Positions 28,419 to 38,234 of a stretch of 64,000 nucleotides of DNA are shown in pieces. Location of the stretch: contig CAYIHX010000005.1 in the NCBI GenBank assembly GCA_964363305.1, positions 61,702-125,701 of the forward strand. The letters run 5' to 3'. The translations under genes and the position numbers were made by a program. The DNA is from an uncultured Bacteriovoracaceae bacterium. GTDB taxonomy: Bacteria > Bdellovibrionota > UBA1018. A model generated the notes under the pieces. That model did no database searches. It was not told the DNA's origin and was given only the letters and a program-made list of their open reading frames with translations. Position 1 is the first letter of the stretch. The number at the start of each line of letters is the position of its first letter.

Positions 28419-30337
28419 GATCGTCCCTTTTTGTGCATAGAGTGCACCGTTTCAACCTTCCCCTTGTTCTGTTCTTTTCGTTATTTAAGAGGGTTCGATA
28501 CTGGAAGTCCGAATTGTCGGATATTTCTGTTCGTTTTCCGCAGTTGGAGTGGCTGGATCCAGAGAAACTTTCGGACCTTGATTCCTGGAATTCTGCTCAG
28601 CAGGGTGCTTACGAAAAGTGGTCCGTCTTGGTTTTAAAGGTTCGTGATCGTCTCGTCGGACAGGCGAGGGGGGTCGCTCGAGGCGTGGAACAAAGGGTGG
28701 CTCTTGCTTTTGAGGCAGAAATCCTCTTTGAGCACTTGGTTTCTCAGTGCGTCGAGGCGGACGCTACTGCTATCATTTTACAAACAGCCTGGGGGCAGTT
28801 TTTCAGAAAAATCGGTTATCGATCGTCATTAGGGGGGCGGGGTTCTTCCGTGCGTACATCAGCGGCTTCTATCCCGTTTGAAGTCGCTAGTTATTGGATG
28901 AGGACTGCGAAGAGTCACGCTGGCCAGGTTTGGAAGTGTTTTGCGAGAGTATCCGCTGACGGTCGGAATGCCGTTCGTGAAAATTTAGAGCGGAATGCGA
29001 AAATTCTCGTATCAGGCATTTCTCTCACTGAGTATCCCAGATCAGACGTTCATTTGGATTTTTCCTTTCTCGTTAGCAATCACCACCTTTTAGCGGAGGA
29101 TGTTCTCTATCTGCTTCCTCGTGCGCCCGATTTAGTAACTCAACAATTTTTAGCGAAGGGTGGTGTTCGTTGGTTAGATGCTTCAACTTATCGCGGAATC
29201 CTCAACGGGACCGAGTGCATTTTTGCTGCCGCACACGTGTTGTTCTCTGCTGTTTTTAAGGCCGCGCGTTGGACTCATCTTTTTTACTCTGAGATTGATC
29301 AGATCACATCCTGCACCGCTCCTTGGCGCCTCATTTGGCAGCGGTATCGGCCTGCGATTTATTTGTACTCAGTGAGTGTATCTATCCCCGAGCCTAGTGA
29401 GGCCTCGGCTTTCGACGGTTTCGGTGTTGCAAACGTGCTTTGGTTTTATAGCGCAAACTGCTTTCCGTTGCGGAAGCATTCTTCTTCTTCTCTCGCAAAG
29501 CGCGTGCACTGGTCGAATCCCGTGGCCCAAACGATCTTAGGCTGGAACGAAGAGTTTGGCGCTCTAGTCCGAAACCGCCTTCTGGTTGCGGGAACGATTC
29601 CGAAGATCGTGGCGCTTGGCCCGATCATGTGTGGAGATAGCCGAGATCTCCAACTGGATGGTCAACAGAGTCGTAGAAAAATTGGCATCGTACCGAGTGG
29701 AGAAGGAGCGACAGGGGATTATTTTCTCTCTGTTTTTGATGTTTCTCCTGTACGAGCGCAGATACGGGAATCGGTAGGCCTTGGTCCCGATGTTTACAGT
29801 TTTGAATTCTGCGATTTTTTTTACCGCGACCTAAAGCTATTGCTTGAGCGAAATCCACGTATTCGACTTATCATCAAGAGAAAGAGAAGTGATCCTCGTA
29901 ATTTGCGACCGATTGTGGGCGGCCTGGCGCAACTCATTGCAGACGATGGGCCTTGGCGTCGGTCGAACCGGGTGATTCAAATTGATCCAGAAATTTCTCC
30001 ATATTTGGCGATAGCAGCTGGGGACTTGTCCATTGGGCCGCCCTATACGTCTCCAGTTTTAGGGGCAATTGGGGCGGCCCGCGGTGGTATCTTTTATTGT
30101 CCGTCTGGTCTGCGTCTTACCGGAGCAAATGATGAATTTTCTTTATTTGAGGTGGAGGGGCTGGGTGCACTTGAAAACAGGATTCATGACTATATTGAAA
30201 AGGGAGCAAATTGCGTGAATCAGGGTCTTCTGAAAAATGGGCATGCTGAGGGACGAATTATTTCTAGCGAAGCAGATAGTATCAATTGTATTGAAGCCTT
30301 CGCCGCTACTCTTTTAAAAACTCGGTTGAGCTTATAA
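28415..30337 (+). CDS. Large hypothetical protein translationally coupled to the ABC exporter
   Basis: 640-aa ORF beginning 4 nt inside the exporter stop. No motif I can name. Confidence 0.45.
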   Translation: MRSSLFVHRVHRFNLPLVLFFSLFKRVRYWKSELSDISVRFPQLEWLDPEKLSDLDSWNSAQQGAYEKWSVLVLKVRDRLVGQARGVARGVEQRVALAFEAEILFEHLVSQCVEADATAIILQTAWGQFFRKIGYRSSLGGRGSSVRTSAASIPFEVASYWMRTAKSHAGQVWKCFARVSADGRNAVRENLERNAKILVSGISLTEYPRSDVHLDFSFLVSNHHLLAEDVLYLLPRAPDLVTQQFLAKGGVRWLDASTYRGILNGTECIFAAAHVLFSAVFKAARWTHLFYSEIDQITSCTAPWRLIWQRYRPAIYLYSVSVSIPEPSEASAFDGFGVANVLWFYSANCFPLRKHSSSSLAKRVHWSNPVAQTILGWNEEFGALVRNRLLVAGTIPKIVALGPIMCGDSRDLQLDGQQSRRKIGIVPSGEGATGDYFLSVFDVSPVRAQIRESVGLGPDVYSFEFCDFFYRDLKLLLERNPRIRLIIKRKRSDPRNLRPIVGGLAQLIADDGPWRRSNRVIQIDPEISPYLAIAAGDLSIGPPYTSPVLGAIGAARGGIFYCPSGLRLTGANDEFSLFEVEGLGALENRIHDYIEKGANCVNQGLLKNGHAEGRIISSEADSINCIEAFAATLLKTRLSL

Positions 30338-30529
30338 TTTCGAAGTGGCCAAATATGGGTCGTTTGCCCATGGCATTTCGTACTCATCCCAGATCACCCA
30401 CCGAGACGGCGGACTTCTTCGGTTGTCACGGGCTACTCGGCTCTTTCATCAGTAGTAGCTGAACAAATTCTAGCTAAGAAGGCTTCTCGTCTGTCGGCGA
30501 GTCACTTTTGAAGAGCCAAAAATGTCAGC

Positions 30530-30565
30530 CCATGGAAAGAGACCGATGAGTGGTCTTTTCCATGG
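30530..30565. terminator. Imperfect hairpin between convergent genes (candidate bidirectional terminator)
   Basis: ccatggaaagagacc-gatgagt-ggtcttttccatgg, with one mismatch in a 15-bp stem. It lies between the convergent genes ending at 30337 and 30579. Confidence 0.3.
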
Positions 30566-30578
30566 GTTGATCTAGGTT

Positions 30579-31133
30579 TTAGATTGCCACGCAGATAATA
30601 TTGAAGCCGACGTCAGCTACGGCCGTCTCGCCCCCATTAGCAGTTCTTACTCTGATTTTACGATTTACCGTGTCAACAGAGGTAATCGCCGCATTGAAGC
30701 TGGCTGCAGGATCGTTGCTGCTAACGACACAAATCGGTGCATTCGTAAAAAATCCAGAATTATAAATGAGTTCCGTGTCCCCAGTTCCCACTTCATTGAT
30801 GGGGGAAGCTGCTAACCAATCCCCTCCCTCTTCTTGAGCTAAGCTATAGGTGCCGGCCGACACAGTAAGTTTTGCACTTACAACCTTTGCTGCACTGGCA
30901 CCGGTAGAAAATGCGGCCCAAGAAGTTCCATTATATCCATAGAAGGTCGAATTAGCCGTATTGAAAATAATGTCGCCCTTTTCAGGATATGTAACGACGT
31001 CAGTACTGTTAATCGGAGGCGCCGTAAATCCAAGCGACAAGAGAAAACTCGATTCATCTGCGCCGAAAGCCAATTGGGTAACCATAATCAGTTGAGCTAC
31101 TAGAAAAACGATCAGGTGTTTGCTGTGTATCAT
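30579..31133 (-). CDS. Secreted FYG-motif protein, paralog of 841..1395
   Basis: Signal peptide MIHSKHLIVFLVAQLIMVTQLAFGA (internal Met at about 31133). PPINSTDVVTYPEKGDIIFNTANSTFYGYNGTSWAAFS aligns with the 841 paralog. Confidence 0.55.
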   Translation of the reverse strand: MIHSKHLIVFLVAQLIMVTQLAFGADESSFLLSLGFTAPPINSTDVVTYPEKGDIIFNTANSTFYGYNGTSWAAFSTGASAAKVVSAKLTVSAGTYSLAQEEGGDWLAASPINEVGTGDTELIYNSGFFTNAPICVVSSNDPAASFNAAITSVDTVNRKIRVRTANGGETAVADVGFNIICVAI

Positions 31134-31289
31134 TGCTGTTCCTTTTGTTAGTTGAGAATTCGACTGCTTGGTTTTGGAATGATAGTTTGAGTTGAATGAC
31201 TGAATCAAGGCCTTTGCTTCTTGGTGGCATCCTCCCCATGTTTGGCTGTGGCAAACATTTGACGAGGCGGTATACCGTACTCTTTTTGT

Positions 31290-32669
31290 TTAAAAGGTCG
31301 GTGCACGAGCGACCAAGACATTTCGTGGGGTCTCCCGGCTCATTGCAAACCACCCACCGAGAAAAATCCAAAACCAATTTCCATTGTGCGGATTTTCTAA
31401 CCCGACGTTGAAAACTGCGTAAGCTGCGGCACTTAAGAAAACAGCGGCCGCCAACTCAGGGACACCCAGCCGGAAACGCCGTAAGGCCCATGAGCGGACG
31501 CCCGAGAGGCCCACCGACACAAGCATTGCGAGCAGGGGGAGGGAGCCTAGTATCCCACCGCGGAAAAGGACGGTGAGGTAGCTGTTGTGCGGTCCAGAGA
31601 TCCAGCGCCCGTCCTGGATCGCCGGGTAGCCGTTGAACACGGTGGTTACGACGTGGGGCCCGAACCCTTTGCCGAACCAGGGGCTTGAAACAAACCCCTC
31701 CCAGGCCTGAGCCCAAAGGTGTTTGCGCCAACGCATATAAGTGTAAGATTGTGTCGCTTCTCCGTTTCGATCTTTTATTGGGCCACTCTCATGATGAAAA
31801 GCCCATCCCTGAAGGTCCGTATATGTTCGCGACCACATACTGGGCAAAATGGAGGGGTCCTTCCCGAGGCGTTTGAGCACGATCACTTCAGCGCCCACGG
31901 CAACTCCGAGTCCTAACGCAAGAGCAAGAAGACTCGGAACCAGTCGAGCGGCGAGGATGCGGCGTACGCCACCTACTGGTGCGTCCGCGCCTCCCAGGAA
32001 TTGCAAGGGCGCCGCAAAAAGAAAAGCTGCGAGGAGCCAGCTTCGCTTGAGGTAGACGGTGAAAATTCCCAATAAGGTCAACCCCGAGAACGCATAGAGC
32101 ACAGATGCAAAAAACGGAGAGATGAGGGCAAAAGCGAGACCGATGAGCGGGCTGACTACTTCGCTGCCCGGCGGGCTGGAGAGTTCAGGAAAAATCGAGT
32201 CGATGGCTTGGCCTTTGATGAGGAAGTGGATCCAGTGCTCTCCTTGAGCGGCCACCGCGCCCAACAGGGCAGCGAGGATCAGCCTTTTGATTTCCAGGCG
32301 AGTCAGGCTGACGCCCACAATGACCCAGGCAGCTTGATAGACGAGTGCGCTGTCTCGGAGTATCTGAACGACTCCGGTGTCTGGTTTTTCTATGAAAAGG
32401 CTGATGAGGAGTCGAAGCAACCCGAAGCCAAGAAACAGGCAGAGGGCTAGGCCGAATCCGCTCTTGAGTTTGGTCAGTGCCTGGTCCCTGCGGCGGAGGG
32501 CCACCCAAGTCAGCATCGTCGCGAGTGCGAACTCGCCGACATAGAGGGGTAATGGCCCGATATCCACGTGCAGGTAAGAGAAACCCTTGGTGCGCCAGGC
32601 GAGGCAGAATGCATAGAGAAAAAATCCGAATATGGGCAGTTGATTCCAGTCAAAGCGTTGGGGCTTCAT
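31290..32669 (-). CDS. O-antigen ligase/polymerase family membrane protein (Wzy_C-like)
   Basis: Polytopic. GPHNSYLTVLFRGGILG resembles the Wzy_C/O-antigen ligase conserved loop. Confidence 0.6.
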   Translation of the reverse strand: MKPQRFDWNQLPIFGFFLYAFCLAWRTKGFSYLHVDIGPLPLYVGEFALATMLTWVALRRRDQALTKLKSGFGLALCLFLGFGLLRLLISLFIEKPDTGVVQILRDSALVYQAAWVIVGVSLTRLEIKRLILAALLGAVAAQGEHWIHFLIKGQAIDSIFPELSSPPGSEVVSPLIGLAFALISPFFASVLYAFSGLTLLGIFTVYLKRSWLLAAFLFAAPLQFLGGADAPVGGVRRILAARLVPSLLALALGLGVAVGAEVIVLKRLGKDPSILPSMWSRTYTDLQGWAFHHESGPIKDRNGEATQSYTYMRWRKHLWAQAWEGFVSSPWFGKGFGPHVVTTVFNGYPAIQDGRWISGPHNSYLTVLFRGGILGSLPLLAMLVSVGLSGVRSWALRRFRLGVPELAAAVFLSAAAYAVFNVGLENPHNGNWFWIFLGGWFAMSRETPRNVLVARAPTF

Positions 32670-34132
32670 ACGGCTCCGACGCCTCGCACGACTGAGAGGA
32701 TGGTCTTCACAATGATGGAGAGGTCGAGCAGAAGGGACTGGTTGTGAATGTAGAAGAGGTCGTATTCGAGATTTTGATGAATCGGTTCACCACGGACCGC
32801 GCTGATTTGCCAGACCCCGGTGATGCCGGGTTTGACGAGGAGTCGTTGGCGCTCGAGAGCGGTGTAGCCTTCAACAATAAAGGGCATCTCCGGGCGAGGT
32901 CCAACTAAGCTCATGTCACCGCGAAAGACGTTAAAAAGCTGGGGAAGTTCATCGAGGCTGGTCCGTCTGAGCCATTTTCCGACTCGGGTGATGCGTGGAT
33001 CATGGGGGTCGGAGGGCGTGCGGGCGTACCGGGGAGCTTCGACGTGCATGGTTCGGAATTTATAGATGCTGAATTGCCGTCCGCGGAGGCCTACGCGCTT
33101 TTGTTTAAAGAGGACTGGCCCCCTTGAATCGAGTCGAATCGAGAGGCCAAAGAGTAGAATGAGAGGAGATAGCAGCAGGATGAAGAGGGAGCTGAGTGCG
33201 AAGTCGACTAATTTTTTTAAGACCCTAAAATAAAAAGAGACCCGACTGTTTTTACGCCTGAGAATAGGAATTCCACCGATTTCAAAAAGTTCAACATTCT
33301 GGATAAAGCGTTCATAAGCATTGGGGACGATCGCGTAGTCGACTCCCGCTTGGATGCAGCGCTCGACGAGCTTTTGATTTCTTTCAAACGTAGCCGAAGG
33401 GAGAGCGATCAGAACGAGTTCGACTCCGAGCTGTGAAGCTTGGTCGATCCATTCTTCTCCACCGAGCACCTTCAGGCCTTTGTTGGGCCCGATTCCTGAC
33501 CATTTTAACCATTGCTGGTGCTTCAAAGGGTTGTCGTCTGCCATCCCAACGGGAAGCAGGCCGAGGGCTGGGCTCTCGAAAAGACGCTTGGCCAAATGTG
33601 TACCGATATTGCCCGCTCCGTAGATGAGTACCTTTCTTTGCGACCAGCCCTTGAGATGAAAAAGAACGTGCAAGCGGTAAAAAATCTGCCTCTGTATGTA
33701 AAGAGCGAACGGAGAGAGGACGAGGCCCGTCGTCATGGTGATCCGAGAGAGATCGACTGACCGCAGATAGAACGAAAGACTGAGCACCACCGCTGCGGCA
33801 TAGAAACCGGTTCTGAAAATGCCGCGAAGTTCTTGGATATTGAGCAGGCTGATTTCTCTTTCGTAGAGGCCGACTCGATCTAGAATGAGAACATAGACCA
33901 GGCCGATCCCGGCGGAGATCAATGCAAATTCAATGAAGGATTGAGGCGAGCTTCTGCTGAGCCCTGACGTGTAGAGAAGATAACCGAGCTGGAAACAGGC
34001 AACGACCACGGCGAAGTCTGCTCCCCTTTGGAAGGTGGAAATCAGAAATCCAAAATAACGTCGCCAGGGACCGTCGTGTTGTTTCTCTGAAGGGGCGGGT
34101 CTCGGTTGAGAAACGGCGGCGGTGGAATCCAT
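32666..34132 (-). CDS. Polyprenyl-phosphate sugar phosphotransferase (bacterial sugar transferase, WbaP/CpsE-like)
   Basis: C-terminal LFKQKRVGLRGRQFSIYKFRTM...RITRVGKWLRRTSLDELPQLFNVFRGDMSLVGPRP is the Bac_transf signature. N-terminal TM segments and a Rossmann-like linker are present. Confidence 0.8.
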   Translation of the reverse strand: MDSTAAVSQPRPAPSEKQHDGPWRRYFGFLISTFQRGADFAVVVACFQLGYLLYTSGLSRSSPQSFIEFALISAGIGLVYVLILDRVGLYEREISLLNIQELRGIFRTGFYAAAVVLSLSFYLRSVDLSRITMTTGLVLSPFALYIQRQIFYRLHVLFHLKGWSQRKVLIYGAGNIGTHLAKRLFESPALGLLPVGMADDNPLKHQQWLKWSGIGPNKGLKVLGGEEWIDQASQLGVELVLIALPSATFERNQKLVERCIQAGVDYAIVPNAYERFIQNVELFEIGGIPILRRKNSRVSFYFRVLKKLVDFALSSLFILLLSPLILLFGLSIRLDSRGPVLFKQKRVGLRGRQFSIYKFRTMHVEAPRYARTPSDPHDPRITRVGKWLRRTSLDELPQLFNVFRGDMSLVGPRPEMPFIVEGYTALERQRLLVKPGITGVWQISAVRGEPIHQNLEYDLFYIHNQSLLLDLSIIVKTILSVVRGVGAV

Positions 34133-34158
34133 CTAAGAAAGGAAACTATTCGTTTCTG

Positions 34159-34965
34159 TTGAGAAATCCAGAGAAAAAGCGTGGATGTTTGATGGGGCTT
34201 CGGCTACACCCAAGGGGCTTGGCTCACCATCCGACGGTCGATATTTTAGGAGTGCGGGTTTCTCGCTTCGGTTTTCGCGAAACGAAGGAAATGTGCGTGA
34301 AGGAGTTGGACGCGAAGCAAGGCGGATACGTCTGCTTCGCGAATGTTCACACGGTCACGGAATCGTTGGATTCTCCGGACTTGTGTGGCGCGTTAAATCA
34401 AGCCGTCTTTGCGGTGGCAGATGGAAAACCCTTGGTTTGGGTTTCTCGGTTGCTGAGAGCGCCGATCAGCTCGAGGGTTTGCGGCCCGGATTTCATGGCT
34501 GATTTTTTGAAGCATCATCCGAACTATCGGCACGCGTTCGTCGGCGGAAAGCCGGGAGTGGCGGACCGCTTGATTCAGAAGTTTGAGCTCAAGAGCGCTG
34601 TCGCTTATTGCCCTCCGTTTCGGCCGTATTCCGACGCGTATGCTCGCGAAGATTGGACTGCTCTTCTCAAGGCATCGGGGGGCCTCCCGCCGGACTGTGT
34701 TTGGGTGGGGCTGGGGGCTCCGAAGCAGGAGCTTTGGATGCGGTCGGTCTCTCAGTTAGGGGTGACCTCTTTATTTTTTGGTGTGGGAGCGGCCTTTGAT
34801 TTTTTAACCGGAGGCGTGGCTCGGGCTCCGGCATGGATGCAATCGATGGGGTTGGAGTGGTTCTATCGCCTCACGCAGGAGCCGAGGCGATTGTGGCGTC
34901 GTTACCTTTCGACAAACCCGAGGTTCGTCTGGCGGGTTTTTCTCCAATGGATGAGTCGAGTTTGA
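34159..34965 (+). CDS. WecB/TagA/CpsF-family glycosyltransferase
   Basis: DILGVRVSRF...VCFANVHTV...GKPLVWVSRLL...FVGG...GLGAPKQELW is the Glyco_tran_WecB pattern. The start is possibly an internal Met (about 34192). Confidence 0.75.
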   Translation: MRNPEKKRGCLMGLRLHPRGLAHHPTVDILGVRVSRFGFRETKEMCVKELDAKQGGYVCFANVHTVTESLDSPDLCGALNQAVFAVADGKPLVWVSRLLRAPISSRVCGPDFMADFLKHHPNYRHAFVGGKPGVADRLIQKFELKSAVAYCPPFRPYSDAYAREDWTALLKASGGLPPDCVWVGLGAPKQELWMRSVSQLGVTSLFFGVGAAFDFLTGGVARAPAWMQSMGLEWFYRLTQEPRRLWRRYLSTNPRFVWRVFLQWMSRV

Positions 34966-36272
34966 GTGCCTTGAGTTGGCTTGTGACAACGGTTTTATCG
35001 ATGGCTGTTCTTCCCTCTTGGACGGCAGTATCGGTTCGGATTTACGAGCGGCTGGGCCTCTCAAGCTCGTTGTTGGGGCCGATTAATCCATTGAAGATCG
35101 CGGCGCCCGCTCTTCTGATCTTTTTATATACGCAGCGCACCAGGATCAGTGAGTTTCTCCCGAAGGGGTTGGCGATTTTTCTTGGGGTGACCTATTTATT
35201 GGGATCGGGGGCGGTGCTTTATGGCGCGTTTCAATGTCAGTGGAATCTGACTCTCTTTCGAGAGTGGTTTCTTCATGGATGGGCGGCTCTGTGGGCGCTC
35301 TCTTTCTTTTTCCTTTCGAATCGGCAGAGGAAATGGGTCATCGGGGCATGGCTCACCTGGGTTGGCGGTTCCTGTTTGATGGATTGGCTGGCCCCCGCCT
35401 GGCAGGATTGGCTATTTGCGCATATCTTTGATCCGGATACGCGGGTTCTGGACGTTCGCGAGGTCGGCGATGTGTTGACCGGGGTGTTTGGGCGGCAAAC
35501 CTTGGGTAAGTTTCTGGCCTGGATTCCGTGGCTCTGGCTGCTCACTTTGAAGCCGGTGGCGAAACCTTCGAGTCAGCGTTTTCGTTTCGCTCTGGGGATG
35601 GCGGCGGTGATTTTCTCTGCTGGCATCGTGTTGGCGACCAGCCAGCGGGGGCCATTCGTTTCGGTGCTGGCTGCGGCGTTGGTGACGATTGTCCTCTATG
35701 CTCGGAACGAGGGTTTTCGAAAGCGAACCCTTTTGATGATGATTGGAGGCTTCGCGCTGAGCGTGGGAGTTCTCACGGTCTCGTTCGTGCCCCGCCCCAT
35801 CCTCGAGAGCCGGATTCGCTCGATGATTGGGCTATCGTCCACTGGGTCTCTAGGCGATCAGGCCGAACAGAACACGAAGTTCCGGTGGGGAATGCTCTCG
35901 TTCTCGACTCAAGTTATTTTAGAGAATCCGATGGGCCGAGCCTGCTTTCCCAATGAGCGGTATTTCTGGGATCGAGGAACAACGGCTGGGCATGCGCATC
36001 ATCTTTTTCTGCAAGAGTATCGAGCTCGTGGTTGGATCTGGGGCACTCTTCACCTCTTGATGTGGATTTTTTGCGGCTGGGCTTTTTTTCGAGCGTTGCC
36101 CTCTGCTCAAGAGAATTTTTTTTGGTTCGGTGGGTTTCTCAGCATAGTGTTTGTGGGGCAGTTCGACTACCCCTGGATGGCTCTTTCGCAGTCCATCGTG
36201 ATCTGGGTATTTCTTTGGAAGGGATTCTCATTATGGGGAAGCTTGAATATTCGGCGTTGGTCCCGACTTTAA
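34947..36272 (+). CDS. O-antigen ligase-like polytopic membrane protein
   Basis: Multiple TM helices and a large loop with HHLFLQEYRARG (a Wzy_C-like His-containing loop). Start chosen at the internal ATG at about 34947. Confidence 0.55.
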   Translation: MDESSLSALSWLVTTVLSMAVLPSWTAVSVRIYERLGLSSSLLGPINPLKIAAPALLIFLYTQRTRISEFLPKGLAIFLGVTYLLGSGAVLYGAFQCQWNLTLFREWFLHGWAALWALSFFFLSNRQRKWVIGAWLTWVGGSCLMDWLAPAWQDWLFAHIFDPDTRVLDVREVGDVLTGVFGRQTLGKFLAWIPWLWLLTLKPVAKPSSQRFRFALGMAAVIFSAGIVLATSQRGPFVSVLAAALVTIVLYARNEGFRKRTLLMMIGGFALSVGVLTVSFVPRPILESRIRSMIGLSSTGSLGDQAEQNTKFRWGMLSFSTQVILENPMGRACFPNERYFWDRGTTAGHAHHLFLQEYRARGWIWGTLHLLMWIFCGWAFFRALPSAQENFFWFGGFLSIVFVGQFDYPWMALSQSIVIWVFLWKGFSLWGSLNIRRWSRL

Positions 36273-37150
36273 ATCGTCCACAGCTTTTGACGAGATTGTT
36301 GGCCTCCCTCGCTTCGCAGACGAGACCCCCGGCAGAGGTGGTGGTCGTCGATCAAAGCGATGATGACGAGACCCGGCGTGCGTTTGAAAGTTGGAACCCG
36401 CCTGGCATCCGGAAAATCTACTGTCGAAACGAGGTTAAGTCGCTGAATTTGGCCAGAAATCGTGCATTTCGCGAATGCTCGATGCCCCTCGCGGCGTTTT
36501 TTGACGATGACCTCGTGCTCGAACAGGATTATTCGGAGAAGGTGGTCCGTATTTTTGAAGGTGATTCAGAGCTTCGTTTCGGGGGCGGAATGGGGACGAT
36601 TTCGAGCAGTCGCTATCACTTTCGACCTTTAGAACGATTTTTTTTAATGCCCCATGAGGGGAATGGAAAATTTTTAGCCAGTGGCGCGCCGACCTACCCG
36701 CATTGGATCAAAGAGTTTACGGAAGTAGATTTCCTCTCTGGCGGTCTGACTTTCTGGCGCCGTGAAGTATTCGAAACGATCCAATTCGACGAGGCATTGA
36801 TCGGGTACGGGTATGGTGATGATCTCGATTATTCGTTTCGAGTTTCTCGGAAATTTAAATTGTTCTTTGAGCCTCAAGCCGTCTGTCACCACGAGGACCA
36901 CGCGCCAGGGAAAGATCACGAAGCGTTGAAGCAGAAGGTCTGGATTCAGAACATGTATTATTTGGCGGTGAAGAATAACTTCTCTCGAGGGGCTTTCTTT
37001 TGGTTCGCGCTCGGGCATCTCTACCGTGATTTGATTCATCTACGATTTGCTCGCTTTGCCGGTGGGATTCGGGGTCTGAGAAATGTGCTGACGAGTCAAA
37101 TCGATTCCGTGAAAGGTTTTGTCGGTGCGAGTCACACACTTCGTCAATGA
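36233..37150 (+). CDS. Family 2 glycosyltransferase
   Basis: LVPTLNRPQLLTRLLASLASQT...VVVVDQSDDD and a DDD-type motif (FFDDDLV). The internal ATG at about 36233 (MGKLEYS) is the likely start. Confidence 0.7.
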   Translation: MGKLEYSALVPTLNRPQLLTRLLASLASQTRPPAEVVVVDQSDDDETRRAFESWNPPGIRKIYCRNEVKSLNLARNRAFRECSMPLAAFFDDDLVLEQDYSEKVVRIFEGDSELRFGGGMGTISSSRYHFRPLERFFLMPHEGNGKFLASGAPTYPHWIKEFTEVDFLSGGLTFWRREVFETIQFDEALIGYGYGDDLDYSFRVSRKFKLFFEPQAVCHHEDHAPGKDHEALKQKVWIQNMYYLAVKNNFSRGAFFWFALGHLYRDLIHLRFARFAGGIRGLRNVLTSQIDSVKGFVGASHTLRQ

Positions 37151-38234
37151 TTATCGCGGTGGTCTTGCTCGGTATGTTGAGCGCCTTGTAGCGGCGCAGC
37201 GAAATGCTCCTGGTACGAGTTGGGTGGTCGATGTTTTCGGGCCGAAGCAACTGAATATTGGAGAGGGGGTTGGCCGCGCTCTTTATCGCCCCGTAGAGAA
37301 GACGTGGGGGCTCAATCAATGGAAATTCGCCTACGATTCGTGGCGGTGGAGCCGGCCGGGTCTTCGGCATTTTCACAATTACACTTTTGGTAAGATCGAT
37401 GTCCTGACTTGTCACGGCCTGTATACGCATAATTGGTTGGCGAAGTATGGGCATGGGCGGGTGCCGCCGCAGCGGAGGGCCCAGTTTACCGCCCTGTCAG
37501 CGCTCGAGCGACGTTGCCTGGCGAGCGCGAAGGTCGTTGTTTTTCAGTCAGTTGAGAACCAGGAATTTGTCGAGGAGCACTTTCAGTTGAAACGCTCGCC
37601 TGGCGTATTTAGGAGAATTTTGCAGGCTGTTGATACGGGGAGGTTTCGTCCCTTTGCTGAGGGCGAGCGTCTTAAGCGGCGCGGGGTAGTTTTTCCTCAA
37701 ATTTCCGCTTCGAGCCGCTGGCTTCTTTTTGTGGGGCACGATTTCGAGGGCAAAGGGCTGATTCGAATTCTTCAGGAGTTTGCTGCGCGCCGGGTTCCGC
37801 TGGGCCAGTACTCCGTATTAGTTTTTGGCGACGACGCTTTGAATCGATCGAGGGCGGGGGCTCTTGCTGAGAAGATGGGGCTTTCGATTCATTTTCTTCC
37901 GAGTGATCAGCTTCTCGATGCTTATCGATGCTCTGATTTTCTTTTGCTCGACTCGGTTTCAGAGGGGGCGCCTTTAGTTCTTTTAGAGGGGATGGCCTGT
38001 GGTTGCGTGCCTATTTTTACGCCTTGTGGGGGCGTGCGAGAGACGATTCAGCATGGCGTGAATGGCTGGGTGGCTGATTCCGCCGCGGGGATTGTCGAGT
38101 GTGCGATGGTGACTTCGGAGGTGGAGAGGATGACTCTTTCGCTGGAGTCTGTTCGTACCGTTCAGACGAGAAGCCTGTCTGAGTTTGAGAGACAGTATCG
38201 GATGATTTACGAGTCGTTGGGGTCAGGGTTGTGA
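37119..38234 (+). CDS. Family 1 (GT4-like) glycosyltransferase
   Basis: C-terminal GT-B donor-binding region (LLLDSVSEGAPLVLLEGMACGCVPIFTPCGGVRETIQHGVNGW) is the EX7E-type motif region. Confidence 0.7.
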   Translation: MSVRVTHFVNDYRGGLARYVERLVAAQRNAPGTSWVVDVFGPKQLNIGEGVGRALYRPVEKTWGLNQWKFAYDSWRWSRPGLRHFHNYTFGKIDVLTCHGLYTHNWLAKYGHGRVPPQRRAQFTALSALERRCLASAKVVVFQSVENQEFVEEHFQLKRSPGVFRRILQAVDTGRFRPFAEGERLKRRGVVFPQISASSRWLLFVGHDFEGKGLIRILQEFAARRVPLGQYSVLVFGDDALNRSRAGALAEKMGLSIHFLPSDQLLDAYRCSDFLLLDSVSEGAPLVLLEGMACGCVPIFTPCGGVRETIQHGVNGWVADSAAGIVECAMVTSEVERMTLSLESVRTVQTRSLSEFERQYRMIYESLGSGL

